Made by a program: the position numbers and the translations under genes | NCBI GenBank assembly: GCA_009918225.1 | Contig: RGEP01000001.1 | Location: 1-50,529, forward strand | Direction: 5' to 3' | DNA from: Betaproteobacteria bacterium | GTDB taxonomy: Bacteria; Pseudomonadota; Gammaproteobacteria; Burkholderiales; Burkholderiaceae_C | DNA length: 50,529 bases | In this document: positions 1 to 12,655 of the stretch, piece by piece | How the letters are laid out: every line of letters begins with the position of its first letter | How positions within the stretch are numbered: position 1 is the stretch's first letter | The notes under the pieces: model-generated | Told to the model about the DNA's origin: nothing | Databases searched by the model: none | What the model saw: only the letters and a program-made list of their open reading frames with translations

Positions 1-810
1 CGCAAGGACGTGCTGCTGCTGGACGTGACGCCGCTGAGCCTGGGCATTGAAACCCTGGGTGGCGTCATGACCAAGATGATCAAGAAGAACACGACCATCC
101 CCACCAAGTTCGCCCAGACCTTCTCCACCGCCGACGACAACCAACCGGCGGTGACGATCAAGGTGTACCAAGGCGAGCGCGAGATGGCCACGGGCAACAA
201 GTCTCTGGGCGAGTTCAACCTGGAAGGCATCCCGCCCGCCCCGCGTGGCACGCCCCAGATCGAGGTGACCTTCGACATCGACGCCAACGGCATCCTGCAC
301 GTGTCCGCAAAAGACAAGGGCACGGGCAAGGAGAACAAGATCACCATCAAGGCCAATTCTGGTTTGTCGGAAGACGAGATCCAGAAGATGGTCAAAGACG
401 CCGAGCTCAACGCGGCCGAGGACAAGAAGAAGCTGGAGCTGGTGCAGGCCCGCAACAGCGCAGAGGCCATGGTGCACTCGGTGAAGAAGAGCCTGGGTGA
501 ACACGCCGACAAGCTCGAAGCCGGCGAGAAAGAGAAGATCGAAGCGGCCGTGAAGGAGCTCGAAGAGGCCCTCAAGGGTGAAGACAAAGCAGCCATTGAG
601 GCCAAGACCGAAGCCCTGATGACGGCCAGCCAAAAGCTCGGCGAGAAGGTCTACGCCGAGGCGCAGGCTGCGGCCGGTGCAGCGGGTGCGGCTCAGGCGG
701 CCGCGGGTGGCGCAGCCGGTGCGGCCGGTGCCGCCGCAGGTGGCGCCGCCGGCGCCAAGCCGGCTGACGACAATGTCGTCGACGCCGAATTCAAGGAAGT
801 CAAGAAGTGA
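1..810 (+). CDS. dnaK: Molecular chaperone DnaK (Hsp70), C-terminal part; the 5' end lies outside the window
   Basis: Frame 1 is open from nt 1 ([21 protein letters not shown]...), which is the Hsp70 substrate-binding domain. It is followed by the helical lid and an Ala/Gly-rich tail ending DAEFKEVKK. Stop at 808-810. Confidence 0.95.
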   Translation, partial: RKDVLLLDVTPLSLGIETLGGVMTKMIKKNTTIPTKFAQTFSTADDNQPAVTIKVYQGEREMATGNKSLGEFNLEGIPPAPRGTPQIEVTFDIDANGILHVSAKDKGTGKENKITIKANSGLSEDEIQKMVKDAELNAAEDKKKLELVQARNSAEAMVHSVKKSLGEHADKLEAGEKEKIEAAVKELEEALKGEDKAAIEAKTEALMTASQKLGEKVYAEAQAAAGAAGAAQAAAGGAAGAAGAAAGGAAGAKPADDNVVDAEFKEVKK

Positions 811-845
811 TGGTTCGGGGTGCGGCGCAGACCTCACCCCTCGTG

Positions 846-890
846 CCGCGTGAGGCTTGCCGGTGCAACCGGCGGCCCACGCGGCTTTTG
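846..890 (+). terminator. Long GC-rich hairpin plus short T-run between dnaK and dnaJ (attenuator or partial terminator)
   Basis: ccgcgtg (846-852) pairs with cacgcgg (878-884). An inner stem gccgg (859-863) pairs with ccggc (869-873). The structure is followed by cTTTTg (885-890) and lies 24 nt upstream of the dnaJ ATG. Confidence 0.45.
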
Positions 891-913
891 AGTTCATAGA
901 GCCAGGAAGCCCG

Positions 914-2059
914 ATGGCCACCAAGCGCGACTACTACGAGATTCTGGACGTCCCCAAGAACGCCAGCGATGAGGACATCAAGAAGGCCTATCGCAAGCTG
1001 GCGATGAAGTACCACCCGGACCGCAACCAGGGTGACGGCGCGAAGAAGGCCGAGGAGAAGTTCAAGGAGGCCAAGGAGGCCTACGAAATGCTCTCCGACC
1101 CCAAGAAGCGGGCGGCCTATGACCAATTCGGCCATGCCGGCGTAGACCCCAATATGGGCGGCGGGCGCGGCGGGCCTGGGGCCGAGGGTTTTGGTGGCTT
1201 TGCCGAGGCCTTTGGCGACATCTTCGGCGACATCTTCGGAGGCCAGGGCGGCCGCCGTGGTGGGGGCCAGCAGGTTTACCGCGGCTCTGACCTGTCCTAC
1301 GCCACCGAAATCACGCTGGAAGAGGCGGCGGCGGGCAAGGACACCCAAATCCGCATTCCCAGCTGGGAAACCTGCGAAACCTGCAACGGCAGCGGCGCCA
1401 AGCCGGGCACCAGCCCCAAGGCCTGCACGGGCTGCAACGGTTCGGGCGCGGTGCACATGCGCCAGGGCTTTTTCAGCATCCAGCAAACCTGTCCCCAGTG
1501 CCGCGGCGCGGGCAAGATCATCCCCGACCCCTGCACCACCTGCAACGGCGCAGGCAAGCTCAAGAAGCAGAAGACCCTCGAGGTTCGCATCCCCGCGGGT
1601 ATCGCCGAAGGCATGCGCATCCGCTCCGTGGGCAATGGTGAGCCCGGCGTCAATGGTGGCCCACCGGGCGACCTGTACATCGAAATCCGCATCAAGGCCC
1701 ACGAGATCTTCGAGCGTGACGGAGACGACCTGCACTGCAGCGTGCCCGTGTCAATGACCATGGCGGCCCTGGGTGGCACGATGGAAGTGCCCACCCTGGG
1801 CGGCAAAGCTGAGATCGACCTGCCCGAAGGCACGCAACACGGCAAGACCTTCCGGTTGCGGGGCAAGGGCATCAAGGGTGTGCGCTCGGCTTACCCGGGC
1901 GACCTGTACTGCCACGTGAATGTGGAAACGCCGGTCAAGCTCACCGATGCCCAGCGCAAGATGCTGCGCGAACTGGATGAATCCTTCCGCAGCGGCGGCG
2001 ACAAACACTCGCCCAATGCCAAGAGCTGGACGGACCGTGTGAAGGACCTGTTCAAGTAA
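914..2059 (+). CDS. dnaJ: Co-chaperone DnaJ (Hsp40)
   Basis: ATG at 914 is preceded by aggaag. The J-domain has KYHPDRN, followed by a Gly/Phe-rich linker and four CxxCxGxG zinc-finger repeats ([32 protein letters not shown]). The ORF-track start at 857 is an upstream extension. Confidence 0.95.
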   Translation: MATKRDYYEILDVPKNASDEDIKKAYRKLAMKYHPDRNQGDGAKKAEEKFKEAKEAYEMLSDPKKRAAYDQFGHAGVDPNMGGGRGGPGAEGFGGFAEAFGDIFGDIFGGQGGRRGGGQQVYRGSDLSYATEITLEEAAAGKDTQIRIPSWETCETCNGSGAKPGTSPKACTGCNGSGAVHMRQGFFSIQQTCPQCRGAGKIIPDPCTTCNGAGKLKKQKTLEVRIPAGIAEGMRIRSVGNGEPGVNGGPPGDLYIEIRIKAHEIFERDGDDLHCSVPVSMTMAALGGTMEVPTLGGKAEIDLPEGTQHGKTFRLRGKGIKGVRSAYPGDLYCHVNVETPVKLTDAQRKMLRELDESFRSGGDKHSPNAKSWTDRVKDLFK

Positions 2060-2096
2060 GCACGGCTGCCGGCCGGCACTCCTCAGCGAGGCCCTT

Positions 2097-2121
2097 GCGC
2101 AGCGGCGCTGCACCGCTGCGC
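2097..2121. terminator. Perfect 9-bp hairpin between convergent dnaJ and dnaB (possible bidirectional terminator with no U-tract)
   Basis: gcgcagcgg (2097-2105), loop cgctgca, ccgctgcgc (2113-2121). There is no T-run on either side, so it may only be a stabilising stem-loop. Confidence 0.3.
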
Positions 2122-2143
2122 TGCACGGTCACACAGCGCTCGA

Positions 2144-3577
2144 TCAATACTCAGCGCCCAGGCTGCCGGGGGCCAGGTTGTCGAACTTGGTGTTGGCCTT
2201 GATGAAGGCGAGCTTGACCGTTCCCACCGGGCCATTGCGCTGCTTGGCGATGATGACTTCGGCCACGCCAGGCTCCTTGCTGGCTTCCTTGTTGTAGTAG
2301 TCGTCGCGGTAGATGAACATGATCACGTCAGCGTCCTGCTCAATGGCGCCGGATTCGCGCAGGTCGCTCATCATCGGCCGCTTGTCGTTGCGCGTCTCCA
2401 CGCTGCGATTGAGCTGCGACAAGGCCACCACCGGGCACTGAAGCTCTTTGGCCAAGGCCTTCAGGCCTCGAGAGATCTCGCCGAGTTCGGTGGCGCGGTT
2501 CTCATCGCTGCCACTGCTGCCGCTCATCAGCTGCAGGTAGTCCACCACAATCAAGCCCAGCTTGCCGCACTGACGCGCTTGGCGCCGAGCGCGTGCGCGA
2601 AGCTCAGCTGGGTTCAAAGCAGGCGTTTCATCGATGAAGATATTGGCCTTGGAAAGCTTGTCCACGGCCTCGGTGAGCCTCGACCATTCGTCGTTGCCCA
2701 GGTTACCGGTGCGCAGGTGCTGCTGGTCGATCCGGCCGATGGAGCCCACCATGCGAAGCGCCAATTGAGATGCGCCCATTTCCATCGAGAACACCACCAC
2801 CGGCAGGCCTTCGGCAACGGCCACATGCTCGGCAATGTTGATCGCCAAGGCCGTTTTGCCCATGCTGGGGCGCGCCGCCAGCACCACCAAATCACCGGGC
2901 TGCAAGCCCGCGGTCATGCGGTCGAAGTCATAAAAGCCGGTGCGCACGCCCGTGACCTCTTCGGCCCCGTTCTCAGCCAGCTCGTTGACCCGGTCCATCA
3001 GCTGCACCAACAGGTCGTTGATCTGGTGGAAGTTCTGGCGTGCGCGCGAGCCCTCCTCGCCAATCTGCAGAATCTTGGTCTCGGATTCATCCAGGATGGT
3101 GGAGACCTGGCGCCCCTGCGGGTTGAAGGCCTTGGTGGCGATCTCATCGCTGGCTTCGATCAGCTTGCGCAGCACGGCACGCTCGCGGACGATTTCGGCA
3201 TAGCGGCGCAGGTTGGCGGCACTGGGCACGCTTTGCGCCAAGGCGTTCAGGTAGGCCACGCCCCCGCACTCTTGTGCCTTGCCCAAACTCTGCAAGCGCT
3301 CATGCACCGTGATCACATCAGCCGGCTTGCTCAGCTGAATCAGGTCCCCCATGGCCTGAAAGATCACCCGATGCTCATAACGGTAAAAGTCAGAGGCGGT
3401 GACCAGGTCCGCCGCGCGGTCCCAAGCGCTGTTGTCCAACAGCAGGCCACCCAGCACACTCTGCTCGGCCTCGTAGGAATGTGGCGGCGTTCGCAGCTTG
3501 GCCACGTCGGCATCTGTTGACGTGGCGCCCGGCACGGGCATGGTCATGAGGTCGAATTCGTTGCTGGTGACGTCCAT
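2144..3577 (-). CDS. dnaB: Replicative DNA helicase DnaB
   Basis: N-terminal PPHSYEAEQSVLGG, Walker A AARPSMGKTALA, and DYLQLM and SQLNR motifs. There is no intein-sized insertion. ATG at 3577 (MDVTSNEF...) was chosen, with alternative ATGs 30-36 nt downstream. The ORF-track start at 3712 runs through the rplI terminator. Confidence 0.88.
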   Translation of the reverse strand: MDVTSNEFDLMTMPVPGATSTDADVAKLRTPPHSYEAEQSVLGGLLLDNSAWDRAADLVTASDFYRYEHRVIFQAMGDLIQLSKPADVITVHERLQSLGKAQECGGVAYLNALAQSVPSAANLRRYAEIVRERAVLRKLIEASDEIATKAFNPQGRQVSTILDESETKILQIGEEGSRARQNFHQINDLLVQLMDRVNELAENGAEEVTGVRTGFYDFDRMTAGLQPGDLVVLAARPSMGKTALAINIAEHVAVAEGLPVVVFSMEMGASQLALRMVGSIGRIDQQHLRTGNLGNDEWSRLTEAVDKLSKANIFIDETPALNPAELRARARRQARQCGKLGLIVVDYLQLMSGSSGSDENRATELGEISRGLKALAKELQCPVVALSQLNRSVETRNDKRPMMSDLRESGAIEQDADVIMFIYRDDYYNKEASKEPGVAEVIIAKQRNGPVGTVKLAFIKANTKFDNLAPGSLGAEY

Positions 3578-3658
3578 AGCGGGATCATAGGCCGCCAGGG
3601 TCCCAACGGCTGTGGGCAATCCTGGGGATAAGTGGTGGGTTGCCGGTGGAGCGTGCAT

Positions 3659-3686
3659 AAAAAAAGGCCGGCAAAGCCGGCCTTTT
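3659..3686 (-). terminator. Intrinsic terminator downstream of rplI
   Basis: The minus strand reads ggccggc-ttt-gccggcc followed by TTTTTTT (plus-strand A-run 3659-3665, stem 3666-3682). A second 6-bp hairpin, gtcggc/gccgac, lies at 3693-3710. Confidence 0.7.
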
Positions 3687-3729
3687 ATGGGTGTCGGCTC
3701 GTCGGCCGACATCCTGAGGAGCGTGCCGA

Positions 3730-4182
3730 TCAGTCGGTCTCGCCCACCACGACGATGGTGATGTCCACCACCACATCGGTGTGTGCTGCCACGGACACGG
3801 TGAACTCACCCACGGTCTTGAGAGGACCGTTGGGCATGCGCACCTGCGCCTTGGCAATATCAAAGCCCGAACCCTTGAGGGATTCGGCGATGTCGTGGTT
3901 GGTGACCGATCCGAACAGGCGACCGTCCACACCCGCCTTTTGGCTGATGCTCAGGCGCAAACCGGAGAGCTTCTCGCCCACCGCTTGTGCAGCCGAGAGC
4001 TTTTCAGCGGCCAGGCGCTCAAGCTCGGCGCGCTTGGCTTCGAATTCGGCAATGGCCGCATCCGTGGCGCGGCGTGCACGCTTGGTGGGGATCAGGAAGT
4101 TACGGGCGTAGCCGTCCTTGACGCGGACGATGTCGCCGAGGTTGCCGAGGTTGGCCACCTTTTCAAGCAGGATGACTTGCAT
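3730..4182 (-). CDS. rplI: 50S ribosomal protein L9
   Basis: [32 protein letters not shown] is a canonical L9 N-terminus. The protein is 150 aa. Confidence 0.95.
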   Translation of the reverse strand: MQVILLEKVANLGNLGDIVRVKDGYARNFLIPTKRARRATDAAIAEFEAKRAELERLAAEKLSAAQAVGEKLSGLRLSISQKAGVDGRLFGSVTNHDIAESLKGSGFDIAKAQVRMPNGPLKTVGEFTVSVAAHTDVVVDITIVVVGETD

Positions 4183-4194
4183 GGTGGGCTCCTA

Positions 4195-4479
4195 TCAAAC
4201 CTTGTGCTGGTCGCTGTACGGCAGCAGGGCCAGGAAGCGAGCACGCTTGATGGCTGTGGTCAGCTGACGCTGGTAGAAGGCGCGCGTGCCGGTCAGGCGC
4301 GCGGGTGTGATCTTGCCGTTCTCGCCGATGAAATCGCGCAGAACATCCACATCCTTGTAGTCGATCGACTCAACGCCGGCCACGGTGAAGCGGCAGAAAC
4401 GCTTGCGACGGAACAGGAGGGACTGCTGGTTGCGCTTGGGCTTGCGGTCCTTGGAAAACTTGCCGCGGGGAGGTGCCAT
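4195..4479 (-). CDS. rpsR: 30S ribosomal protein S18
   Basis: 94 aa. RKRFCRFT...IDYKDV..L..FI...GKI.P.R.TG is the S18 signature. Confidence 0.95.
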   Translation of the reverse strand: MAPPRGKFSKDRKPKRNQQSLLFRRKRFCRFTVAGVESIDYKDVDVLRDFIGENGKITPARLTGTRAFYQRQLTTAIKRARFLALLPYSDQHKV

Positions 4480-4528
4480 GATGTGCTCTCTTTCGCTGGA
4501 ATCGGGTGGTGGTTCGGTAGGGGGCGTT

Positions 4529-4840
4529 TCAATCCGGAACCGCTGGGTTCGCGCGCTGGATCAAGGTGATGTGGAACACCAAGCCTCGTCCGTTGCGGGC
4601 TGGCGCGAGGAACCCTTGGAAATCCACCGGTTCATCCATCGCCAGCTGCTGCGCCTGAGCCGCCAAGGTACCGATGCACACTGACTTGCAGTCCATCGTG
4701 ACCTTGCGGGGTACGCCCTCCTCTTGAACCACAGATTGGTGTTCGATCACCAGGTCCAAAGCGGGCAGCCCCACGGGCGTGTAGCGCAGCGCCGAACGTT
4801 CCTTGACCACGCCAGACAGGCTCAAGCGGTTGGTTCCCAC
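4529..4840 (-). CDS. priB: Primosomal replication protein N (PriB)
   Basis: [11 protein letters not shown]...[11 protein letters not shown] aligns by eye with E. coli PriB (MTNRLVLSGTV...LEHRSVQEEAG). It sits in the rpsF-priB-rpsR position. A GTG start at 4840 gives about 103 aa, similar to E. coli; the alternative is TTG at 4867. Confidence 0.75.
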   Translation of the reverse strand: MGTNRLSLSGVVKERSALRYTPVGLPALDLVIEHQSVVQEEGVPRKVTMDCKSVCIGTLAAQAQQLAMDEPVDFQGFLAPARNGRGLVFHITLIQRANPAVPD

Positions 4841-4881
4841 CTGGGCCGCCGCAGTGGCGGACGTCAACGCCTGCTGGTTCG

Positions 4882-5247
4882 TCAGGCCGCAGCCTCCTGT
4901 GAGGAAGCCTTGCGCGCTTCTTCGCGCTCGACCGACTTCATCATGACGGAGGGGTTGGTCTCAGCCTTGTCCTTGCCCACGGTGAGGTGGCGCAGCACGG
5001 CATCGTTGAAGCGGAAGCCGGTCTCGAGTTCAGCCAGGGTTTCCTTGCTGCACTCGATGTTCAGGCACAGGTAGTGCGCCTTGGCAAGCTTCTGGATCTG
5101 GTAGGCCAACTGACGGCGGCCCCAGTCCTCAACGCGATGCACCTTGCCATTGGCACCGGTGATCAGGGTCTTGTAACGCTCCAGCATGGCCGGAACCTGT
5201 TCGCTTTGATCCGGGTGGATCAGCAAAACGATCTCATAGTGACGCAT
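4882..5247 (-). CDS. rpsF: 30S ribosomal protein S6
   Basis: [18 protein letters not shown] is a canonical S6 start. ATG at 5247 is preceded by aaggag. The ORF-track start at 5310 is an upstream extension. Confidence 0.95.
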   Translation of the reverse strand: MRHYEIVLLIHPDQSEQVPAMLERYKTLITGANGKVHRVEDWGRRQLAYQIQKLAKAHYLCLNIECSKETLAELETGFRFNDAVLRHLTVGKDKAETNPSVMMKSVEREEARKASSQEAAA

Positions 5248-5357
5248 GTAATCTCCTTGTGGATTCCGTTGTTCGGAAGCCGCCCACGCGCGTCGGTGCG
5301 GGTGCGGCAAGGTGGCGAAAAGCCTTCAAGTATAGCGGAATTTCGGGTTTGTCCGAA
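5248..5357 (-). promoter_or_regulatory. Putative rpsF promoter and structured 5' leader
   Basis: The minus strand has TATACT (5329-5334) with TTCGGA 17 nt upstream (5352-5357). The roughly 75-nt leader contains GC-rich stems and a ttccg/cggaa hairpin next to the SD. The call is by eye only. An S6:S18-binding leader is known in many bacteria, but I cannot confirm the motif here. Confidence 0.3.
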
Positions 5358-5377
5358 GTTCGCACCACCCGCGGGCG

Positions 5378-7786
<2,409 letters not shown>

Positions 7787-7913
7787 GAAGGCTCTCCAAG
7801 GCTAAAAAATCTTTGGGGTGCAACGCACCATTGCGCTTGATTCTAGGGAGGATTGCCTATCATCAGCTTTCAAGTTTTGTGTTCCTGTCTTGCCGAAATT
7901 CACAGCCCCTCCC

Positions 7914-8756
7914 ATGAGCCCGCGCACCATTTTTTATGTCTCCGACGGCACCGGCATCACCGCTGAAACCTTCGGCAACTCCATCCTGGCCCAGTTTCCC
8001 GGCCCCTTTCGCCATGTGCGCCGCCCCTTCATCGACTCGGAAGACAAAGCCTGGCAGGTGGTACGTGAGGTCAATGAATGCGCGCAACGCGAAGGCGTGG
8101 CGCCCGTGGTGTTCCTGACCCTGGTCAACGATGCCGTACGGGATATCTTGACCGATGGTCAGAACGGCCCCGCTGCACACGGCCGCGCCAAGGTGATGGA
8201 CATGTTTCGATCCTTCGTCGAACCACTGGAAGAGGAATTCGGCATCAAGAGCAACCACCGCATCGGACGCTTTTCTGATGCAGCCAAGAGCCAGGAGTAT
8301 CACGACCGGATTGAGGCCATCAACTTTTCCCTGGCCCATGACGACGGGCAGTCCGCCCGCAACCTGGAGCAGGCCGACGTGATCTTGGTGGGTGTGAGCC
8401 GCAGCGGCAAAACGCCCACCTCGCTGTATCTGGCCATGCAACATGGCGTAAAGGCGGCCAACTATCCCTTGATCCCCGAAGACTTCGAGCGCGGGCATTT
8501 GCCCACATCGCTCATGCCACACAAGCGCAAATGCTTCGGCCTGACGATTGACCCCGAGCGCTTGAGCCAGATCCGCAACGAACGTCGCCCCGGCAGCCGC
8601 TATGCGGCGTTGGACAACTGCCGGGCCGAGGTGGCTGCGGCCGAGCAAATGATGCGCCGCTCTGGCATTGAGTGGCTGAGCTCCACCCACAAGTCCATCG
8701 AGGAAATCGCCACCACCATCCTGCGCGACATTCGGCCCGACCGGCTGAGCTACTGA
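7914..8756 (+). CDS. ppsR: PEP synthase regulatory protein (bifunctional kinase/pyrophosphorylase, DUF299)
   Basis: MSPRTIFYVSDGTGITAETFG plus P-loop GVSRSGKTPTS. It is divergent from ppsA, as in E. coli. ATG at 7914. Confidence 0.9.
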   Translation: MSPRTIFYVSDGTGITAETFGNSILAQFPGPFRHVRRPFIDSEDKAWQVVREVNECAQREGVAPVVFLTLVNDAVRDILTDGQNGPAAHGRAKVMDMFRSFVEPLEEEFGIKSNHRIGRFSDAAKSQEYHDRIEAINFSLAHDDGQSARNLEQADVILVGVSRSGKTPTSLYLAMQHGVKAANYPLIPEDFERGHLPTSLMPHKRKCFGLTIDPERLSQIRNERRPGSRYAALDNCRAEVAAAEQMMRRSGIEWLSSTHKSIEEIATTILRDIRPDRLSY

Positions 8757-9538
8757 GCCCGGCGCCTCACCGACTCGTACAGGCAGATCGCAGCAGCGGC
8801 CGCCACGTTCAGCGACTCCTGCCCACTGGGTTGCGGAATGCGCACGCGGCAGGTGGCCAAAGCCGCCAGATTGGGGTCCACCCCCTGCCCTTCGTGCCCC
8901 AAGACCCAGGCGCAAGGCACCGGCAGTTCGGCATCCGGCAGGTCTTGTGCCTCATGCGAGCCGGTGACCACCAGTTGCCCCTTCAGCGCTTGCAGCCCAT
9001 CAATCCCCAGTCCTTCATGCAGGCTCAGGGCGGCGTGCGCGCCCATGCCGGCGCGCAAGACCTTGGGCGACCACAAGGCCACGGTGCCCTGCAGCGCCAG
9101 CACCTGCGCAATGCCCATCGCTGCGGCGCTGCGCAGAATACTGCCCACATTACCTGGGTCCTGCAAGCGATCCAAGACCACCGTGGCCACACCAGGCTGC
9201 ACCACAAGGTCAGCAGCTGCGGGCAGCGCCACCAGCATGCCCAGCGGGCTCGGTGACTCCAGTGCCGTCAAGGATTTCATCAGCGCAGCGGGAACCAGCG
9301 CCACCTTTTGTGCATTCAGGGCCAGGGCTCGAAGGTCCGCGCGGCCTTCCCAGGCCTCCTGCGTGATCACCGCTTGTGTCGCTTGGCGTCCGCTGTCCAG
9401 CCAGGCCCTGCACAGGTGGTCGCCCTCCAACCACACCAGGCCCTCGGCCTTGTAGGCCCCTGGTTTAGCCAGCAGGCGACGCAAGCGCTGCACCAGTTCA
9501 TTGTCACGAGAGCTGATGGACTGAACGGGCGGGTTCAT
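8750..9538 (-). CDS. SpoU/TrmH-family RNA 2'-O-methyltransferase
   Basis: The C-terminal SPOUT motifs are LGHEGQGV and IPQ.SGQESLNVAAAAAICLYE. The ATG at 9538 shares one nt with the rnhB stop (TGATG). The 3' end overlaps convergent ppsR by 7 nt. Confidence 0.8.
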   Translation of the reverse strand: MNPPVQSISSRDNELVQRLRRLLAKPGAYKAEGLVWLEGDHLCRAWLDSGRQATQAVITQEAWEGRADLRALALNAQKVALVPAALMKSLTALESPSPLGMLVALPAAADLVVQPGVATVVLDRLQDPGNVGSILRSAAAMGIAQVLALQGTVALWSPKVLRAGMGAHAALSLHEGLGIDGLQALKGQLVVTGSHEAQDLPDAELPVPCAWVLGHEGQGVDPNLAALATCRVRIPQPSGQESLNVAAAAAICLYESVRRRAQ

Positions 9539-10212
9539 CAACGCTTCTCGGCAGTCTGGGACCGCTTGGACGGCGCCGGCAGCACCGAGACCTCTTGCAC
9601 CGCGCCCCGAAGCGCCGCCGCCCGCTGAACCGGCGCATAGCTGCGCCGATGAACAGGTGAAGGCCCATGCTGAAACAAAGCCTGCAGGTGCTCTGGCGTT
9701 GGGTAGCCCTTGTGCGCGTCGAAGCCGTATTCCGGGTGCGCCGCATGCAGTTGAGCGCACAGGCGGTCGCGGGTCACCTTGGCCAAGATCGAGGCCGCCG
9801 AAATCTCGGGCACGCGCGCGTCACCCCCCACCACCGCCTCGGCCGCCACTTTCAGGGTGGGCAGGCGGTTGCCGTCCACCAAAACCAACGCGGGCAAGAG
9901 CCGCAAACCCTCAACAGCCCGCTTCATCGCCAGCAGCGTGGCCTGCAAGATGTTCAGGCGGTCGATTTCCTCCACCGAAGCCTGTGCGATGCAGCAGCAC
10001 AGGGCCTTGGCGCGGATCTCATCAAAAAGCAACTCCCGACGGCGCTCGGTGAGCACCTTGGAATCAGCCAATCCCGCGATGGGCGCGGCATCGTCCAGGA
10101 TCACGGCAGCGGCCACCACCGGCCCAGCCAGCGGGCCGCGCCCGGCCTCGTCGACCCCCGCCACCAAGCCCTCACGGGTCCAGGACAGGCTCAGCTGCTC
10201 CAAAGGCGCCAT
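9538..10212 (-). CDS. rnhB: Ribonuclease HII
   Basis: [25 protein letters not shown] catalytic motif. ATG at 10212 places the start about 16 aa upstream of that motif, as in E. coli. Confidence 0.9.
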   Translation of the reverse strand: MAPLEQLSLSWTREGLVAGVDEAGRGPLAGPVVAAAVILDDAAPIAGLADSKVLTERRRELLFDEIRAKALCCCIAQASVEEIDRLNILQATLLAMKRAVEGLRLLPALVLVDGNRLPTLKVAAEAVVGGDARVPEISAASILAKVTRDRLCAQLHAAHPEYGFDAHKGYPTPEHLQALFQHGPSPVHRRSYAPVQRAAALRGAVQEVSVLPAPSKRSQTAEKR

Positions 10213-10246
10213 ACGGCCGGGGCTCGATGAGCGTCTGCGCGGCGAA

Positions 10247-11389
10247 CTAGGCACCCATGAGCTCCTGCAAAGCCTGGGCAGCGCGTGCGCCCGTGTTCTG
10301 GCGCAGTTGCAGATGCAGCTCCAAACACTGCGCGCGATAGGTTCGCACCGCCTGGGCATCTTCCAACCATCGCAGGGCATCGGCAGCGATGACTTCGGGC
10401 TGGGCCTCATCTTGGATGCGCTCAGGCACGATGAAGGCCCGGCTCAAAACATTGGGCAGCCCAACCCAAGGCTGCAGCCGCATGCGCCGCATGCGCTGCC
10501 AATCGGCGGCCGAAAGGCGGTAAACGATGACCTGGGGGCACTTCAACAGAGCGGCTTCCAGGGTTGCAGTCCCACTGGCCACCAATGCCACGTCTGCGGC
10601 GGCCAAGGCCTCGTGGGAGCGTCCATCCAACAGGGTGAGGTGGCCGCTGTTCAGCAAGGGCTGCACCATGGGCTGCAACAGGTCGGCCAGCCCTGGCGCG
10701 ACCGGCAAGATGAACCGCACACCAGGGCGCAGGCGCAGCAGGTGCTCGGCTGAAGCCACCAACAGCGGTCCAATATGACGGATCTCCGAACGCCGGCTGC
10801 CGGGCAGCAAGGCCACGAGCGGCTCGGACGCGTGCGTCTCCGGCCTGAACCCCAGGGCTTGACGCGCCGCCGGGTGGTCCACATCCAGGCTGATGGCGTC
10901 TGCCAAAGGATGGCCCACATACGTGGCGGCCACGCCCTGCGACTGCAAGAGTTCAGGCTCGAAGGGGAACAGGCACAGCACATGGTCAGCCGCTGCCCGA
11001 AGGCGGTGCACCCGCTCGGGCCGCCAGGCCCAAATCGAGGGGCATACAAAGTGCACGGTTCGCAGCCCCTCTTGGCGCAGCCGGGTTTCCAGGCCGAAGT
11101 TGAAGTCGGGGGCGTCCACGCCGACAAAGACATCGGGGCGCTCGCGCAGGATGCGCAGGCGCGTGCGGCGCCGCAGCCACAGCAGCTCGGGCAATCGCCG
11201 AAGCGCATCCACATAGCCGAATACGCTTAACCGTTCTGCCGGTGCCCAGGCGTCAAAACCCTGGGCCACCATGCGCGGGCCACCGATGCCCCCGCTGTGC
11301 AGCGCCGGCCAGCGATCCTTCAGGCCCTGCAGCATGAGGGACGCCAAGAGGTCCCCCGAGGCCTCGCCGGCCACCAGGGCCAGGCGCAT
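10247..11389 (-). CDS. lpxB: Lipid-A-disaccharide synthase
   Basis: [16 protein letters not shown]-terminus, 380 aa, in the lpxA-lpxB-rnhB context. Confidence 0.9.
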   Translation of the reverse strand: MRLALVAGEASGDLLASLMLQGLKDRWPALHSGGIGGPRMVAQGFDAWAPAERLSVFGYVDALRRLPELLWLRRRTRLRILRERPDVFVGVDAPDFNFGLETRLRQEGLRTVHFVCPSIWAWRPERVHRLRAAADHVLCLFPFEPELLQSQGVAATYVGHPLADAISLDVDHPAARQALGFRPETHASEPLVALLPGSRRSEIRHIGPLLVASAEHLLRLRPGVRFILPVAPGLADLLQPMVQPLLNSGHLTLLDGRSHEALAAADVALVASGTATLEAALLKCPQVIVYRLSAADWQRMRRMRLQPWVGLPNVLSRAFIVPERIQDEAQPEVIAADALRWLEDAQAVRTYRAQCLELHLQLRQNTGARAAQALQELMGA

Positions 11390-12201
11390 CAGCGCACGAT
11401 GCCGCGATCGGCGCGGCGAAGAAAGTCGAGCATCAGTTCCACGTCTGCCAAAGCAGCCTCGCTCAGCGCTTGGCCTCCAGCGTCGGCCTCGGATGCCAGC
11501 TGGGCGATCCGCTCAATGGCCACCTTCAGCGTCAGCGACTCTCGGTACAGCAGGCGGTGCATGCGACGCACCAAGGCTTGCCGCGCTTCGTCGAATCCGC
11601 GGCGCTTCAGACCGGTCAGGTTCACTGCGCGAACCGCCAAGGGGTGGCCATCCGCGGTCATATAGGGCGGCACATCCTGCGCCACATGACCTTGGAACCC
11701 GATCATGGCGTGCGCGCCGATCTTCACGAACTGGTGCACCCCGGTGAGCCCACCGATGGTGGCCCAATCACCCACCTCCACATGCCCCGCCAAGGTGGCG
11801 TTGTTGGCCAGTACGGTGTGGTGGCCCAAACGCACATCATGCGCAATGTGGACATAGGCCATGATCCAGTTGTCATCACCAATGCGCGTGACGCCCTCAT
11901 CTTGCGCCGTTCCGGTGTTGATCGTGCAGAACTCGCGGATCGTGTTGCCGTGGCCGATCTCCAAGCGGGTGGGCTCTCCAGCGTACTTCTTGTCCTGCGG
12001 GGCCTGACCGACCGAGGCGAAGGAAAAGATGCGGTTGTCTCGGCCGATCGTGGTGTGGCCCATGATCACCGCGTGTGAACCAATGCTGGTCCCACTGGCC
12101 ACCTTCACATGCGGGCCGATCACCGCATAGGGCCCAACCTGAACGTCAGGGGCCAATTGCGCCCCCTCATGGATGACGGCAGTTGAATGGACGAGGCTCA
12201 T
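11389..12201 (-). CDS. lpxA: UDP-N-acetylglucosamine O-acyltransferase
   Basis: Left-handed beta-helix hexapeptide repeats ([25 protein letters not shown]...). ATG at 12201. The stop overlaps the lpxB start by 1 nt. Confidence 0.9.
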   Translation of the reverse strand: MSLVHSTAVIHEGAQLAPDVQVGPYAVIGPHVKVASGTSIGSHAVIMGHTTIGRDNRIFSFASVGQAPQDKKYAGEPTRLEIGHGNTIREFCTINTGTAQDEGVTRIGDDNWIMAYVHIAHDVRLGHHTVLANNATLAGHVEVGDWATIGGLTGVHQFVKIGAHAMIGFQGHVAQDVPPYMTADGHPLAVRAVNLTGLKRRGFDEARQALVRRMHRLLYRESLTLKVAIERIAQLASEADAGGQALSEAALADVELMLDFLRRADRGIVR

Positions 12202-12212
12202 GGCGCGCCCCC

Positions 12213-12653
12213 TCAAGCCACCTTGCGCATGGTGCACATCAACTCGGCCTCTACCGCCACCTCCTCGCCGACGGTGGCCCACGCCTTGTACTTGTAGATG
12301 CCGGCACGTGCGCGCTCGATCTCGGCGTTGAGCAGGAGCTGGTCTCCCGGTTCGACCACACGCTTGAAGCGCGCGCCGTCGATGCCCACAAAGTACACCA
12401 CGGTGTCTTCACTGGGTTCGGTGCCGGCAGATTCAAAACTCAGCAAGGCCGCGGTTTGGGCCAAAGCCTCCAGCATCAGCACCCCAGGCATCACGGGGCG
12501 AGACGGAAAGTGCCCCTGGAAAAAAGGCTCGTTGATCGTCACATTCTTCAGCGCCTGTATGCGCTTGTCCTTCTCGAAGGACAGCACCCGGTCGACCAAC
12601 AGAATCGGATAACGATGGGGCAGCAGCTTGAGGATGCGGTGGATGTCGAGCAT
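12213..12653 (-). CDS. fabZ: 3-hydroxyacyl-ACP dehydratase FabZ
   Basis: [14 protein letters not shown] and [23 protein letters not shown] hot-dog active-site motif. Confidence 0.95.
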   Translation of the reverse strand: MLDIHRILKLLPHRYPILLVDRVLSFEKDKRIQALKNVTINEPFFQGHFPSRPVMPGVLMLEALAQTAALLSFESAGTEPSEDTVVYFVGIDGARFKRVVEPGDQLLLNAEIERARAGIYKYKAWATVGEEVAVEAELMCTMRKVA

Positions 12654-12655
12654 GG

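Noticed and set aside
661-760. An Ala/Gly-rich repetitive coding stretch in the DnaK tail (GCx/GGx runs). A similar Ala/Pro-rich tail is found in NuoJ (about 40960-41110).
   Set aside because: These are low-complexity C-terminal tails that are in frame within recognised proteins. They are not tandem DNA repeats with regular periodicity, CRISPR arrays or separate features.
800-2113. Several 120-311-aa ORFs overlap dnaJ on both strands (for example 800-1735 minus and 1191-1757 plus).
   Set aside because: Their translations are Ala/Arg/Pro/Gly-rich with no motifs. They lie entirely within a gene whose J-domain and zinc-finger motifs are unambiguous. They are alternative-frame artefacts.
3623-3631. 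A DnaA-box-like 9-mer (minus strand TTATCCCCA, one mismatch to TTATCCACA) upstream of dnaB.
   Set aside because: It is a single copy with one mismatch. By my rough estimate, one-mismatch matches to the degenerate consensus should occur many times by chance in 50 kb on two strands. There is no cluster of boxes.
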